The notes under the pieces: model-generated
The model's input: only the letters and a program-made list of their open reading frames with translations
Databases searched by the model: none
Told to the model about the DNA's origin: nothing
Made by a program: the position numbers and the translations under genes
Assembly (NCBI GenBank): GCA_050633305.1
Contig: JBOEGF010000001.1
Location: forward strand, 160,001-224,000
DNA length: 64,000 bases
From: Nannocystales bacterium
GTDB taxonomy: Bacteria; Myxococcota_A; Polyangia; Nannocystales; Nannocystaceae
Direction of reading: 5' to 3'
Shown here: positions 47,094 through 56,438 of the stretch, piece after piece
Numbering within the stretch: position 1 is the first letter of the stretch
Layout of the letters: each line of letters starts with the position of its first letter

Positions 47094-48506
47094 ATGGAAT
47101 CCCCACGGCTGGCGCTGATCGTGATGATGGCGCGGCGTCTGGTCCTTCGTTCGGGCGCACCGCCGACGAAGGTTCTGCGTTGGATGTGGGGGACGCTGGC
47201 CGTGACCGCGGTCGGTACGGTCGCCGTCCTCAGCGGGGCGACGCATCCGCTGTGGGTCGCGGTCGTGGGGGCTGGGAGCATGGCGGCGCTGATCGGCGTC
47301 GCCCTGCGGTTCTTCCCCACTGCGATGGCGGTCTCGGTCACCGGGATCGCGTTGTCCTGCGCGAGCCTGATGACGGTCCTCGGTGTCACGACCGGATTCG
47401 AATCCGAAATCGTCCGCTCGGTGGCCCGCTTCAACGGACACGTGTTGCTCACCAAGTACGGGTTGGACTTTGAGGAGTACGGGGAGGTCAGCGATCGGAT
47501 CCTATCCGACCCCCGGATCCAAGCGGCGTCTCCGTTCGCTTTCTCGATGATCGCCGTGGTCAAGGTGACCGATCCGTCGGAGGGCAATCGGGGACCGTCG
47601 GTGGTGGTGGGTAAGGGCATCGACCCTCGCCGGGCGGAGCACATGGACGGGCTCGCCGACGCGTTTGTCGGGCACGACCTCGACGCGCTTCGCCCGGGCG
47701 GGACGCTGGTGACCCCTGGTCTGGTCCTTGGCGATGCCCTGGCGAGAGAGATCGATGTGTCGGTCGGGGACAAGGTTCGCGTCGTCGTGCCCGCGGAAAT
47801 CGATGGTGCGGAGGGAAGCTTCGGCCGGGAGCCTCGCCATGCGGAGTTCGAGCTCACGGACCTCGTTCACACGGGGGTCTCGGAGATCGACCGCAACATG
47901 GCGTTGATGCACCTGAGCGCCGCGCAGTCGCTGTTCTTCCAGGAAGGTCGCGTGACGGGCATCGAGTTTCAGCTCAGCGACCCGCGGCTGGCCACCCCGG
48001 TCGCCGCCGACATCGAGAGCATCCTGGGTTATCCGTACCGAACCTCGACCTGGGAGCAGACCAATGCCCCCTTGCTGGTCAGCCTTCGTCAGGTTCGTAT
48101 CGCGATCGTCGTCATCCTCGGGCTGATGAGCGTCGTCGCGGCGTCGAGCCTGGTCGCGAGTCTCCTGTTGATCGTTCGGCGCAAGCGTCACGACATCGGA
48201 GTGATGATGGCGGTCGGGAGCGGCCGGGCTCTGGTCTTCTGGGTGTTCGAGTCGGTGGGTGTCGTCGCCGGTCTCGGCGGTGCGGTCCTCGGACTGTTGC
48301 TCGGAGCGCTGTACTGCGTCGTCATCGGAGCCTATCGGTACCCGCTGGTGGGGGACGTCTACCCGGTCGATCACATGCCGGTCGAGCTTGGGTTCCTCGA
48401 CGCGTTCGCTCCCGCTGCGGTCGCCGTGGCCCTCTGCGCGCTCGCATCGGGTCCGGTTGCGGTCCAGGCTTCCAAGGTCCGGCTGCTCTCCGCCCTCGGA
48501 CGCTGA
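47094..48506 (+). CDS. LolC/LolE-like ABC permease, second subunit
   Basis: SLMTVLGVTTGF, VTGIEF, RKRHDIGVMMAVG, VYPVDHMP. Confidence 0.82.
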   Translation: MESPRLALIVMMARRLVLRSGAPPTKVLRWMWGTLAVTAVGTVAVLSGATHPLWVAVVGAGSMAALIGVALRFFPTAMAVSVTGIALSCASLMTVLGVTTGFESEIVRSVARFNGHVLLTKYGLDFEEYGEVSDRILSDPRIQAASPFAFSMIAVVKVTDPSEGNRGPSVVVGKGIDPRRAEHMDGLADAFVGHDLDALRPGGTLVTPGLVLGDALAREIDVSVGDKVRVVVPAEIDGAEGSFGREPRHAEFELTDLVHTGVSEIDRNMALMHLSAAQSLFFQEGRVTGIEFQLSDPRLATPVAADIESILGYPYRTSTWEQTNAPLLVSLRQVRIAIVVILGLMSVVAASSLVASLLLIVRRKRHDIGVMMAVGSGRALVFWVFESVGVVAGLGGAVLGLLLGALYCVVIGAYRYPLVGDVYPVDHMPVELGFLDAFAPAAVAVALCALASGPVAVQASKVRLLSALGR

Positions 48507-48579
48507 GTTGCTGGAGGGCCTGGGACAGGGGCAGTCGCCCTGTCTTCCAAGGATAGACGGGGGAACGTCTCGCTGGCGG

Positions 48580-49377
48580 TCAGCCCGCGTCGTCGGCGGG
48601 AATCTCGAGTTCGGTGATCTTCTTCTGCGCCACCGTCTTGGAGAACTCCGAGCAGCAGTCGCGCTGGATGTATGCGGACCACTGGTCGAGGGCGTGTTTG
48701 ACGTCTTTCTTGTCCTCGTAGACGAACGCCGCACCCGCAAAGGCCTTCTTGTCCGACTGGTTGAGGGTCTGCGCCTTCATGTACGAGCGCAGGGCTTCGT
48801 CCAGCTTGCCCTGGGCTCGAAGTGCGTCTCCCATGAACGTGTTGGCGCCGGTGCGGGCGCCGTCTTGCGCTTTCGGGTCAACGTCGAGGACCTCGGCGAG
48901 CACGGCTTGGGCCTCCGCAGCCTTCTCGGCCTTGAGCAAGACGATGCCCAGCGAGAGCCCGTAGGTCGAGTTCTCCTTGTCCAGGTCGTACGCCTTCCGA
49001 AAGGGACCCGCGGCCTCGGCGAACTTGTCCATGTATCGAAGCGTCTCCCCGAGGATGTACTGGGTGTCGGCGTCGTCGGGGGTGGCCGCAGTGGCCTTCG
49101 TGAGCAAGGCCTGGGCCTCTTTGTACTCGCCCTTGGCGTAGTGGGCTTTGCCCAGCAGCGCGGTCGCCTTCGGATGGTCCGGCCGGTCTTTGAGCAGGCG
49201 CGCGAGGATCTTTTGGGCCTCCGCCGGCTTGTTGTTGCGGATGCGCGCGTCCGCGTCCTCGAGTTCACTGGCGAACTTCGCGTCCTTCTCTTCCTGAGTC
49301 ACCTCCGGGGGGTTGTCACAACCGAGGACGGGCGCGGTGATCAGGACAGCGAGAGCGACGAGAACAAGTCGTTGCAT
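48580..49377 (-). CDS. TPR-repeat lipoprotein
   Basis: Lipobox VLGC; multiple TPR-type helices. Confidence 0.8.
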   Translation of the reverse strand: MQRLVLVALAVLITAPVLGCDNPPEVTQEEKDAKFASELEDADARIRNNKPAEAQKILARLLKDRPDHPKATALLGKAHYAKGEYKEAQALLTKATAATPDDADTQYILGETLRYMDKFAEAAGPFRKAYDLDKENSTYGLSLGIVLLKAEKAAEAQAVLAEVLDVDPKAQDGARTGANTFMGDALRAQGKLDEALRSYMKAQTLNQSDKKAFAGAAFVYEDKKDVKHALDQWSAYIQRDCCSEFSKTVAQKKITELEIPADDAG

Positions 49378-49452
49378 GAGCGCGCAACGGGCGTATCACG
49401 CGCTTCTGAGCCGTGTCCACACCACGGTGCTTGGGGCTGCTACGCTCCGTGG

Positions 49453-50565
49453 GTGACGCGGGAACGGACGCGCACCCGGGCGGTGACCGGGGCCCATGAA
49501 GCCCTCGGCGCGGTCGGGTCGGTGCTTCGGCGAGGAGCGAAAGCGGCACTGGCGCGTTGGGCCCTCCAGAAGCGACTGGCCCCGGCAGCCACGGAGTGGA
49601 GTTCCCGCGATGAGGCGACCCATCCATGGGATGGACGTAAACGGTTTGCCGAGGACTACACTTTCATCGCAGTGCAAGCGGGCCTCGGGTTGTTGGTACG
49701 GCTGGAGTGGTTGCCCGGCCGTGGGTCTCACAGACTGTGGCTGGCCGTGTTGCGCGAAGGCGGGACCTGGGTTCTCGGCGACCAAGGTCAGGTGCTCGTT
49801 CGAGATGCCGGCACCGATCGCTGGCGGGCCGGGGGACTCGAGCTCGACTGCATCAAACCACTGTCCCGCTGGCGGATCCGGTTCGAGGGTCCACTGCGAC
49901 TCCACGGGAGCGACACCACGGCGACCGGTCGCATCGACCTGACGTTCGGGTCCGACGACGCTCCGTTCTCTCCGGGGGTCGACGACGATCCCGAGCTGGT
50001 GGCCCGCCGGATCGGTGAGGCGGTCTGGGACCGCAAGCTTCTTCAAGCGGTGCGTCGCGACCACAGCCGCGGGTACGCACAAACCGGCACGTTGTCGGGG
50101 ACGGTCGCCGTCGCTGAAATGCTCGTGCCGGTGCGAGCTGCCGCCGCCCGGCAACACACGTGGGGGGTCCGCGATTGGGGGGCGCCGGACGAGGCGTTCC
50201 AGTGTTTTGTCGCGTGGGACGACGGTCGGCGTGCGCTCGTCCATCGAGCGGTGTTTCCATTCGTGACACTCGAGGGCGGGTACGTGCGGAACGTCGGCCA
50301 GAGTCGTGACCTTGTGCGGGGACTCGGCGTGTCGTCGGAGCACCGACCTGGTGGGGCACCTGCCCACCTCGAGCTCTCGTTGGAGCTCGGCGCGACGCCG
50401 CAGCCATTGGGCGTGCGGCTGGGCAACGAACGTGAGGTCGGCTTCGGTGTCGACGGACGCGGCGAGTTTTCGTTCGCATTGTGTAGGGTCGGTGACAACG
50501 ACGGCTGGGGCTTGTGGGCCGGTCAGCGTCGGACCCTGCGGCGCCCACGAATGCGCCGGCCGTGA
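49453..50565 (+). CDS. hypothetical protein (beta-rich, possibly lipocalin/AttH-like fold)
   Basis: CIKPLSRWRIRFEG, YAQTG...GTV, QHTWGVRDW. Start trimmed from the 48259 ORF. Confidence 0.5.
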   Translation: MTRERTRTRAVTGAHEALGAVGSVLRRGAKAALARWALQKRLAPAATEWSSRDEATHPWDGRKRFAEDYTFIAVQAGLGLLVRLEWLPGRGSHRLWLAVLREGGTWVLGDQGQVLVRDAGTDRWRAGGLELDCIKPLSRWRIRFEGPLRLHGSDTTATGRIDLTFGSDDAPFSPGVDDDPELVARRIGEAVWDRKLLQAVRRDHSRGYAQTGTLSGTVAVAEMLVPVRAAAARQHTWGVRDWGAPDEAFQCFVAWDDGRRALVHRAVFPFVTLEGGYVRNVGQSRDLVRGLGVSSEHRPGGAPAHLELSLELGATPQPLGVRLGNEREVGFGVDGRGEFSFALCRVGDNDGWGLWAGQRRTLRRPRMRRP

Positions 50566-50615
50566 CGGCGTGACTGCCGGTGGTGGTGCTGCGCTCGGCC
50601 TGATACGGATGGCGC

Positions 50616-51767
50616 ATGACAACGCGGTCGGTGTTCTCGATGATCCTCGCTTCGACCCTCCTGGCCTGCGGGGACAGCTCGTCCGCCGGCATGGACACCG
50701 ATACCGATGCCGAGAGTGACTCCGGTACGAGTACCGGGAGCGCGTCTGAGACCACCCCCGCCTCGGCGGGGGAAACCTCGTCCTCACCGACAAGCGGGGA
50801 GCCGACGACCGGGACCAACACGCTCGGAGACAGCTCGACGACCTCGGACGAGGACGCTTCGACCGGTTCGACAACCGGGGACGCGCCGCTGGTCGACCCC
50901 CGGATCGAAGGTGAGCACGAGGTCGAGCTGATCGAGACCGACATCGAGACCGCGGGAGGAACCACCATCCCTGTGACGATGTACGTGCCCACCAGCGAAG
51001 GGCCGCACCCCGTGGTCATCTTCCTGCAAGGCTTTCTGCTGGGCCCGGACAACTACGCATCCTATGGCGAGCACATTGGGTCGTGGGGATACGTCGTCAT
51101 CATGCCCGAGCTGCCCGGTGGCACCCAGTCGGGGGACCGCGACGCGACCACGGAACTCATCGACTGGCTTGACGGCCCCGGAACCCTCGAGGGCGCAGTT
51201 CTCGGGGGACGGGCCGATCCGGAGCTGCTGCTGCTCAGTGGGCACAGCCGTGGGGGCAAGGTCTCGTTTCTCACCGCGACCACCGACACACGGGTCGACG
51301 CGGTGTTCGGCATCGATCCGGTGGACACCGCCGGGGGACCCGGGACGAATCCGTCGCCCGACAACCCGTCGGTGGCCCCCGAGCTCATGCCGCTGGTGCT
51401 CGCTCCGATGACCATCGTGGGAGAGACCGTCAATGCCACCGGCGGCTTCATGTCCTGTGCGCCAGAAGCCGAGAACTTCCGCCAATACTTCGGCGCCGCC
51501 ACGGCTCCGGCGGCGGCGATCGAGTTCGTCACCGCGAACCACATGTCCTTCCTCGATGACCCGAACTGCGGGTTCACATGCTCGGCCTGCACCGCGGGGA
51601 CCGACGATCCTTCCGTAACGCGCCGGATGACCCAGGGCTACATGGTCGCGTTTGCGCAATGGCAGCTTCGAGGACAGGAGGGATACCGCGACTACCTCGC
51701 AGGCCCGTTCACGCAGCCCGACATCGACGCGGGGCTGATCACGGTCGATACCCTCAACGAGTATTGA
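50616..51767 (+). CDS. chlorophyllase-family alpha/beta hydrolase lipoprotein
   Basis: Lipobox LLAC, S/T linker, PVVIFLQG, SWGYVVIMP, GHSRGG nucleophile, IDPVD, SCAP, NHMSFLDD. Confidence 0.78.
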   Translation: MTTRSVFSMILASTLLACGDSSSAGMDTDTDAESDSGTSTGSASETTPASAGETSSSPTSGEPTTGTNTLGDSSTTSDEDASTGSTTGDAPLVDPRIEGEHEVELIETDIETAGGTTIPVTMYVPTSEGPHPVVIFLQGFLLGPDNYASYGEHIGSWGYVVIMPELPGGTQSGDRDATTELIDWLDGPGTLEGAVLGGRADPELLLLSGHSRGGKVSFLTATTDTRVDAVFGIDPVDTAGGPGTNPSPDNPSVAPELMPLVLAPMTIVGETVNATGGFMSCAPEAENFRQYFGAATAPAAAIEFVTANHMSFLDDPNCGFTCSACTAGTDDPSVTRRMTQGYMVAFAQWQLRGQEGYRDYLAGPFTQPDIDAGLITVDTLNEY

Positions 51768-51817
51768 GCCGCGGGTTCCGATGGAAACCCGGCCGCAGGG
51801 GCTCTACCCTCGCGTGC

Positions 51818-52234
51818 ATGAACTCGCGCCCTCCGACACTGGGTCTACGACACCTCGCGCTGTGGGTTCACGGCGACGCATTCGACGCGACGCTTCGTTT
51901 CTACACCGAGGGGTTGGGTCTGGGCGTGGACTGGCATCCCGACGCGGACAACATCTACCTGAGCTCCGGTGGGGACAACGTCGCGCTGCACCGGGCGGTC
52001 GCCCCCCGCGAGGTCAGCCACAAGGACTCGCCCCTGGACCACCTGGGCTTTGCGATGGCCTCCGCCGACGACGTCCGAGCCTGGCACGCGTTCTTGGAGC
52101 CGAAAGCGTCGGAGTTGGGCATCGAGTTGCTCAATGTGCCGAAACTGCACCGTGACGGGGCGACGTCGTTCTACCTGCGGGACCCCGCGGGGCATCAGGT
52201 TCAGATGCTGCACGTCCCCTCGATCCGGCCTTGA
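51818..52234 (+). CDS. VOC/glyoxalase family protein
   Basis: GLRHLAL, FYTEGLG, LDHLGF, SFYLRDPAG. Confidence 0.85.
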   Translation: MNSRPPTLGLRHLALWVHGDAFDATLRFYTEGLGLGVDWHPDADNIYLSSGGDNVALHRAVAPREVSHKDSPLDHLGFAMASADDVRAWHAFLEPKASELGIELLNVPKLHRDGATSFYLRDPAGHQVQMLHVPSIRP

Positions 52235-52291
52235 GCGGGACGAAGGTCGTCGGCGACGCGGGCAGTCGCCGCGTACGGGCTTCGGCTCGGC

Positions 52292-52801
52292 CTAGGCGCG
52301 GGCGGTAGGACCCGGGACCGGGTCGGTGACCGCGTGCTGTGTCGCGCCCGGGTTTTCCAGCCAGGACTGGGCCCCCTCGTGGGAGGCGAACGTGTGCAGC
52401 GGTGCGCGCAGGTGCTGGGCGATGACTTGGGCTGCGGTCCGCAGGATGGATGAGTTCGCGACGAAGGCGATGCGTCGGACGCCGAAGCCTCGGGCCTGGG
52501 ACAACATGCTCTGCGCGACTTCGGCGCAGGCAGCCTCGTAGCCGGATACGTTTCGTAGATCGACGAGGACCGAGTCCGGCAGGACCGAACCCGCGACCGC
52601 GCCCCGATCCAAGAACGGGGTGAGCGCCTCCTCGGCCATCGGCCGGGTCACAAAGCCTGCGCCTTCCACGCGAAGCACGCGATCGCGGACCTCGATTGCG
52701 AGGCCGGAGGGGAGGTCAGTGAAGTGTCGTTCGGGCTTCGGCAAGGGGATCGTTCGGGGGGTTCTCAGCGTGTGGGTAGACCGGACCGACTTCGGATCCA
52801 T
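52292..52801 (-). CDS. SpoIIAA-like (STAS/SEC14) domain protein
   Basis: VLVDLRNV, RRIAFV, TFASHEGAQSWL. Confidence 0.55.
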   Translation of the reverse strand: MDPKSVRSTHTLRTPRTIPLPKPERHFTDLPSGLAIEVRDRVLRVEGAGFVTRPMAEEALTPFLDRGAVAGSVLPDSVLVDLRNVSGYEAACAEVAQSMLSQARGFGVRRIAFVANSSILRTAAQVIAQHLRAPLHTFASHEGAQSWLENPGATQHAVTDPVPGPTARA

Positions 52802-52944
52802 TGTGACACGGGCGGGGACACGGTCTGACAGGGCGGGGCGTCCTCACTCCACATCCCTGGGTCCGTCGGCCCCCACGCTATCGGATTGTGGCCGTATGAA
52901 TCAACGACGGAGGGCCGAGCGAAGGGAATCAACGTTCGAGGCGC

Positions 52945-52979
52945 AAAAAAACGGCGGTCCCGGAGCCGGGAGCCGCCGT
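52945..52979 (-). terminator. Rho-independent terminator after the 53006..53833 lipoprotein
   Basis: Minus strand ACGGCGGCTCCCGG-CT-CCGGGACCGCCGT followed by a T-run. Confidence 0.75.
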
Positions 52980-53005
52980 CGTCCGGGGTGGCGCCCCAAG
53001 CGGCG

Positions 53006-53833
53006 TCAGCCGCCGGTGCCGCTGTCGGTGTCGCCGTCGGTGTCCGAGCCGCCGCCGGGGATCGTGCCGCCCTGGTCGGTGTCGATGAGCTCACCGCTGC
53101 ACATGTCGCCGTTGCAGGTCACGCGGATCTGGATGAGCCGGCCGTCGCCCGGGGGATCGAACGTGAAGGCTTCGAGGTCCGTCGTGGACGGGTCGGCGTC
53201 GACCTGGACGTTGTCGTAGGAGACGACGACGGTGTCGACACGCTCGCCATCGAGATCGCGCTCTTCGTCGGGCACGATGTTGGTCGCCGACTCGAGGTTG
53301 GAAACGGTGTACTCGTGCTCGAGCAGCAGCGAGGACGAACCCTCGGCCGCCTCGACCTTGAACGTGTCGATCGGCACCTGAGCGCTGGGGACGTAGGGCA
53401 CGCCGTTGGCATCGAGCAGGATGAACGTGACCTCGATCTGCGCCGGGGTGGGGGTGAGGGTGACGTCGATGCTTGTCGAAGCGCCGTCGATGACCTCGAG
53501 CGACTCGTCGTCGTCCGGCGCGTCGAGGTTGTCGCGGATGGTGATGTCCTGTCCGTCGATGCCTTCCACGACGAAGTCGTTGTAGTTGCGCGCTTCGATC
53601 CCCGACAGCACGATTTCGCCGGCGTCGTTGCAGATCTCGGTGCGCTCTTCGTCGCCGAACGAGATACGGACCGTGCCGACGCCTTCGCTGGTGCACGAGC
53701 TCGCCCCGATACCAAAGCGGTAGTTGATGGTCACCGTGCCAGAGCCGGGGTCGTTGTTGCAGCCGGTGGAACCGAGCAACGCTGCAGCGACAGCGAGAGG
53801 GGCGAGCGCAGAGAGTTTAGTGATCGAGGCCAT
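53006..53833 (-). CDS. hypothetical acidic lipoprotein with D/T/G-rich C-terminal tail
   Basis: Lipobox STGC; two Cys pairs; ends GGGSDTDGDTDSGTGG. Confidence 0.75.
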   Translation of the reverse strand: MASITKLSALAPLAVAAALLGSTGCNNDPGSGTVTINYRFGIGASSCTSEGVGTVRISFGDEERTEICNDAGEIVLSGIEARNYNDFVVEGIDGQDITIRDNLDAPDDDESLEVIDGASTSIDVTLTPTPAQIEVTFILLDANGVPYVPSAQVPIDTFKVEAAEGSSSLLLEHEYTVSNLESATNIVPDEERDLDGERVDTVVVSYDNVQVDADPSTTDLEAFTFDPPGDGRLIQIRVTCNGDMCSGELIDTDQGGTIPGGGSDTDGDTDSGTGG

Positions 53834-53998
53834 GGTTTCTTCGTCCGCAGATGCCTGAGTGACGCCCGCAAAAATACGAGTCCGCGATGCCAGCGTCGAG
53901 AGGTTCAGGCCACTTCAGACGTGCGCCCACCCCGGAGTGTTCAAGTCGATTTCTTGGCTGAAGGTCGGACGTGTGCCTACATCTTTCGGGAGGACGCC

Positions 53999-55123
53999 AT
54001 GAAACCGCTTCATGCCATCGCTACGCTCGCCCTGGTCGTCGGCCTTTGGGTGCCGCCAGCCTCGGCTTCCAAGCAGGAGGCGGATGTACAGCACCAGCCG
54101 CCCACTGCCGCTGAACTCGAGGCCGCGCCGCTGTCCCTACGCGGTACCCGGGGCGCTCCGCATCCCGATTGCACCAATGGTGTGCCGCAATGGCTCCATG
54201 AGGTGCAGCCCGGGGAGCATCTGGGGCTGATCGCCGGGCGTTATGGCGTTCGACGGGCCGAGCTCGTCGAACTCAACGGCATTGAGAACCCCAACCTGAT
54301 TCGGGCCGGGCAGTCGCTCGCCGTTTGCCCGGAGATCGCTCCGCGACAGCAAAAGCTCGTCGAACATGTGGTCGCGCCGGGGGAGACGATGACCGAGATC
54401 GCAGCGCGTTACTCGATGAGCGTCTCCGAACTGCTCGAGCGGAGCGGCACCGAGTTGTCCAACCTCAACCACGTCCGGGTCGGTCAGTCGTTCTCGTTCC
54501 TGGTGGATGACGGCATCGTCGAGGCGTTCAAGCCTCCTCTGCCGAAGAAGAAGGTCGCCAGGAAGAAACGCGGTGGCAAGGGCAAGCACAAGCGCGCCAA
54601 GGTCTCCGTGCAACTGCTCGGCGGCAAGCACATGCACATCAAGCGTCCGCGTTTGGCCTACGGGACCGCGAAGACCGTGGGGCTCATCGAGCGTGCAGTC
54701 GGGCAGTACAAGCGCAAGCACGCCAAGGGTCCCAAGGTGCTCATCGGCAACCTGTCGAGAGAGGGCGGAGGGAAGCTCGAGCCGCACCTCTCGCACCGGC
54801 ACGGCGTAGACATCGACGTCGGCTACGTGCTCAAGGGGGAGACGCTCTCGACCACGCGCTTTCGCGGAGTCAACCAGAAGACGCTCGATCCCAAGCGCAC
54901 ATGGGCGCTGGTGAAGGCGTTCCTCGATACGGACGAGGTTCGCTACATCTTCATGGACTACGGGTTGCAGAAGACGCTCTACGAGCACGCGAAGTCGGCG
55001 GGAGCGTCACAGGACGAGCTCGATGAACTCTTCCAGTACCCCCATGGGCGGGGCCGCTCTCACGGCATCATCCGTCACTGGCGCAGCCACAGAAACCACT
55101 TCCACGTTCGCTTCGAGAAGTGA
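53999..55123 (+). CDS. LysM-containing penicillin-insensitive murein endopeptidase (MepA-like)
   Basis: Signal peptide, two LysM domains (VQPGEHLGLIAGRYGV; VAPGETMTEIAARY), GNLSREGGG, HLSHRHGVDID, HRNHFHVR. Confidence 0.82.
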   Translation: MKPLHAIATLALVVGLWVPPASASKQEADVQHQPPTAAELEAAPLSLRGTRGAPHPDCTNGVPQWLHEVQPGEHLGLIAGRYGVRRAELVELNGIENPNLIRAGQSLAVCPEIAPRQQKLVEHVVAPGETMTEIAARYSMSVSELLERSGTELSNLNHVRVGQSFSFLVDDGIVEAFKPPLPKKKVARKKRGGKGKHKRAKVSVQLLGGKHMHIKRPRLAYGTAKTVGLIERAVGQYKRKHAKGPKVLIGNLSREGGGKLEPHLSHRHGVDIDVGYVLKGETLSTTRFRGVNQKTLDPKRTWALVKAFLDTDEVRYIFMDYGLQKTLYEHAKSAGASQDELDELFQYPHGRGRSHGIIRHWRSHRNHFHVRFEK

Positions 55124-55140
55124 ACCCCGGCGGATGGCGC

Positions 55141-55536
55141 TCAGTCGTCGAGCTCGAGAATGAGCCGGCGGGTGCCATCTGCGTCGGCCGCCGCTTCGTG
55201 GATTCGCATGCCCTGCCCGGCGACCGCGCGCTCGACGGCCTCGACTGCGGTTGTTTGGCGCAACTTCGGCACCAACGCGGTCTCCAGCTGAGCCTGATCG
55301 AGTTCGCCGCAGACCAATCGAAGCACGCCGTCGTCGACCACGAAGCCGAAGTCTTCGACCGTGTCACAGACCCCGGCTTCGAGTCGGATATCGACGGGAT
55401 CTCCGGTGCACTCGAGGCTTCCCTCCAGGCGTACGCGGCGTCGCGGGCGTACGTAGGGCAGATTCAGCGTGGACAGGGCAGCCTCCACGGCGTCGAGCGA
55501 GGTCGCTCGAAGCTCGATGTGGACGTATCGACTCAT
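55141..55536 (-). CDS. DUF1257/Ycf35-like protein
   Basis: MSRYVHIE...AALSTL, DFGF, LRQ..A...V, DGTRRLIL pattern typical of DUF1257. Confidence 0.6.
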   Translation of the reverse strand: MSRYVHIELRATSLDAVEAALSTLNLPYVRPRRRVRLEGSLECTGDPVDIRLEAGVCDTVEDFGFVVDDGVLRLVCGELDQAQLETALVPKLRQTTAVEAVERAVAGQGMRIHEAAADADGTRRLILELDD

Positions 55537-55799
55537 TTCGCCGCAGATGTCTTGGGTGGGGGATCGCGGTGGGGGTCCGCTTCCGCGCACAACGGGCACG
55601 CGGGGATGTCGCGGCGCAGTGCCAGGAACCACCCGCAGCGTCGACAGGGTCGGGCCTCGACCGCAGCCGTCGCCGCCGTTGCGGCCGCAGGATCGACCTC
55701 TATGCCATAGTGTTCGAACAGATCGGCGGTTCGGCCGGGCCCAGGCGCGTGATCGCCCGTTCCTCCCAACTCGCCGAATCGGTCCTTGCGGGACACCAT
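55533..55799 (-). CDS. small zinc-ribbon protein
   Basis: CRRC...CPLC; ATGA overlap with the DUF1257-like gene. Confidence 0.5.
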   Translation of the reverse strand: MVSRKDRFGELGGTGDHAPGPGRTADLFEHYGIEVDPAAATAATAAVEARPCRRCGWFLALRRDIPACPLCAEADPHRDPPPKTSAAK

Positions 55800-55894
55800 G
55801 ACGAGCTGACCATACGCCAGGCTTGCCTCCGGCAGCGGTCTTCGGCGAAACTTTGTGTCGCGAAAGGTAGCTGGCCCTAGCCGGCTCGATCCGC

Positions 55895-56305
55895 GTGACG
55901 GACGACTCCACGAACAAGAATCGACGCAGAGCGCAACGCGTGCCCCTGAGCGTCGCCTTTTCCGAAGCGGACCCGCGCACGACGACGCCGGTCAGCGATC
56001 TCTCTCAAACCGGCGTGCTCGTCCACACCGATGAGCAGCTGCCCATCGGCTCGGTCATCGACATTCGCTTCACCGTGTTCCCTGAGGAGCCCGTGTTGTT
56101 CGAGGGCAAGGGGACGGTCGTGCGTCACACCGACGAGCCCCGGGGCATGGGCGTCGAGTTCGTCGACCTCAGCCATGGTGCGCGAGAGGTGCTGCGCGAG
56201 ATTCAGATCCGGCATGAAGCGCAGAAGGGCCGCAACGCCCTGACGCGCTCCCATCCGGGGCTGCGCACGCACGGCCTCGTGGCCAAGCTCGTCGAAGAAG
56301 CCTGA
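55895..56305 (+). CDS. PilZ domain protein
   Basis: RRAQR, DLSQTG, GMGVEF. Confidence 0.85.
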   Translation: MTDDSTNKNRRRAQRVPLSVAFSEADPRTTTPVSDLSQTGVLVHTDEQLPIGSVIDIRFTVFPEEPVLFEGKGTVVRHTDEPRGMGVEFVDLSHGAREVLREIQIRHEAQKGRNALTRSHPGLRTHGLVAKLVEEA

Positions 56306-56438
56306 TCGGCGTCGTCGCGGCGCAGGGCGGTGCTCTGGCCCGCACACAGACGGTGCCGGGTGCGCAAACACGCGGCGTCGCGTCGCGCGGGCCGGGTGTC
56401 TTGGTCGCCCTGAGGGCGGGGGGCTGGACCCGGGGCCG

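Noticed and set aside
48259..49452. N-terminal half of the 768-aa ORF (and similar extensions of the 8601, 52886 and 37221..39065 ORFs)
   Set aside because: They overlap clear genes on the other strand or frame; the true starts are downstream.
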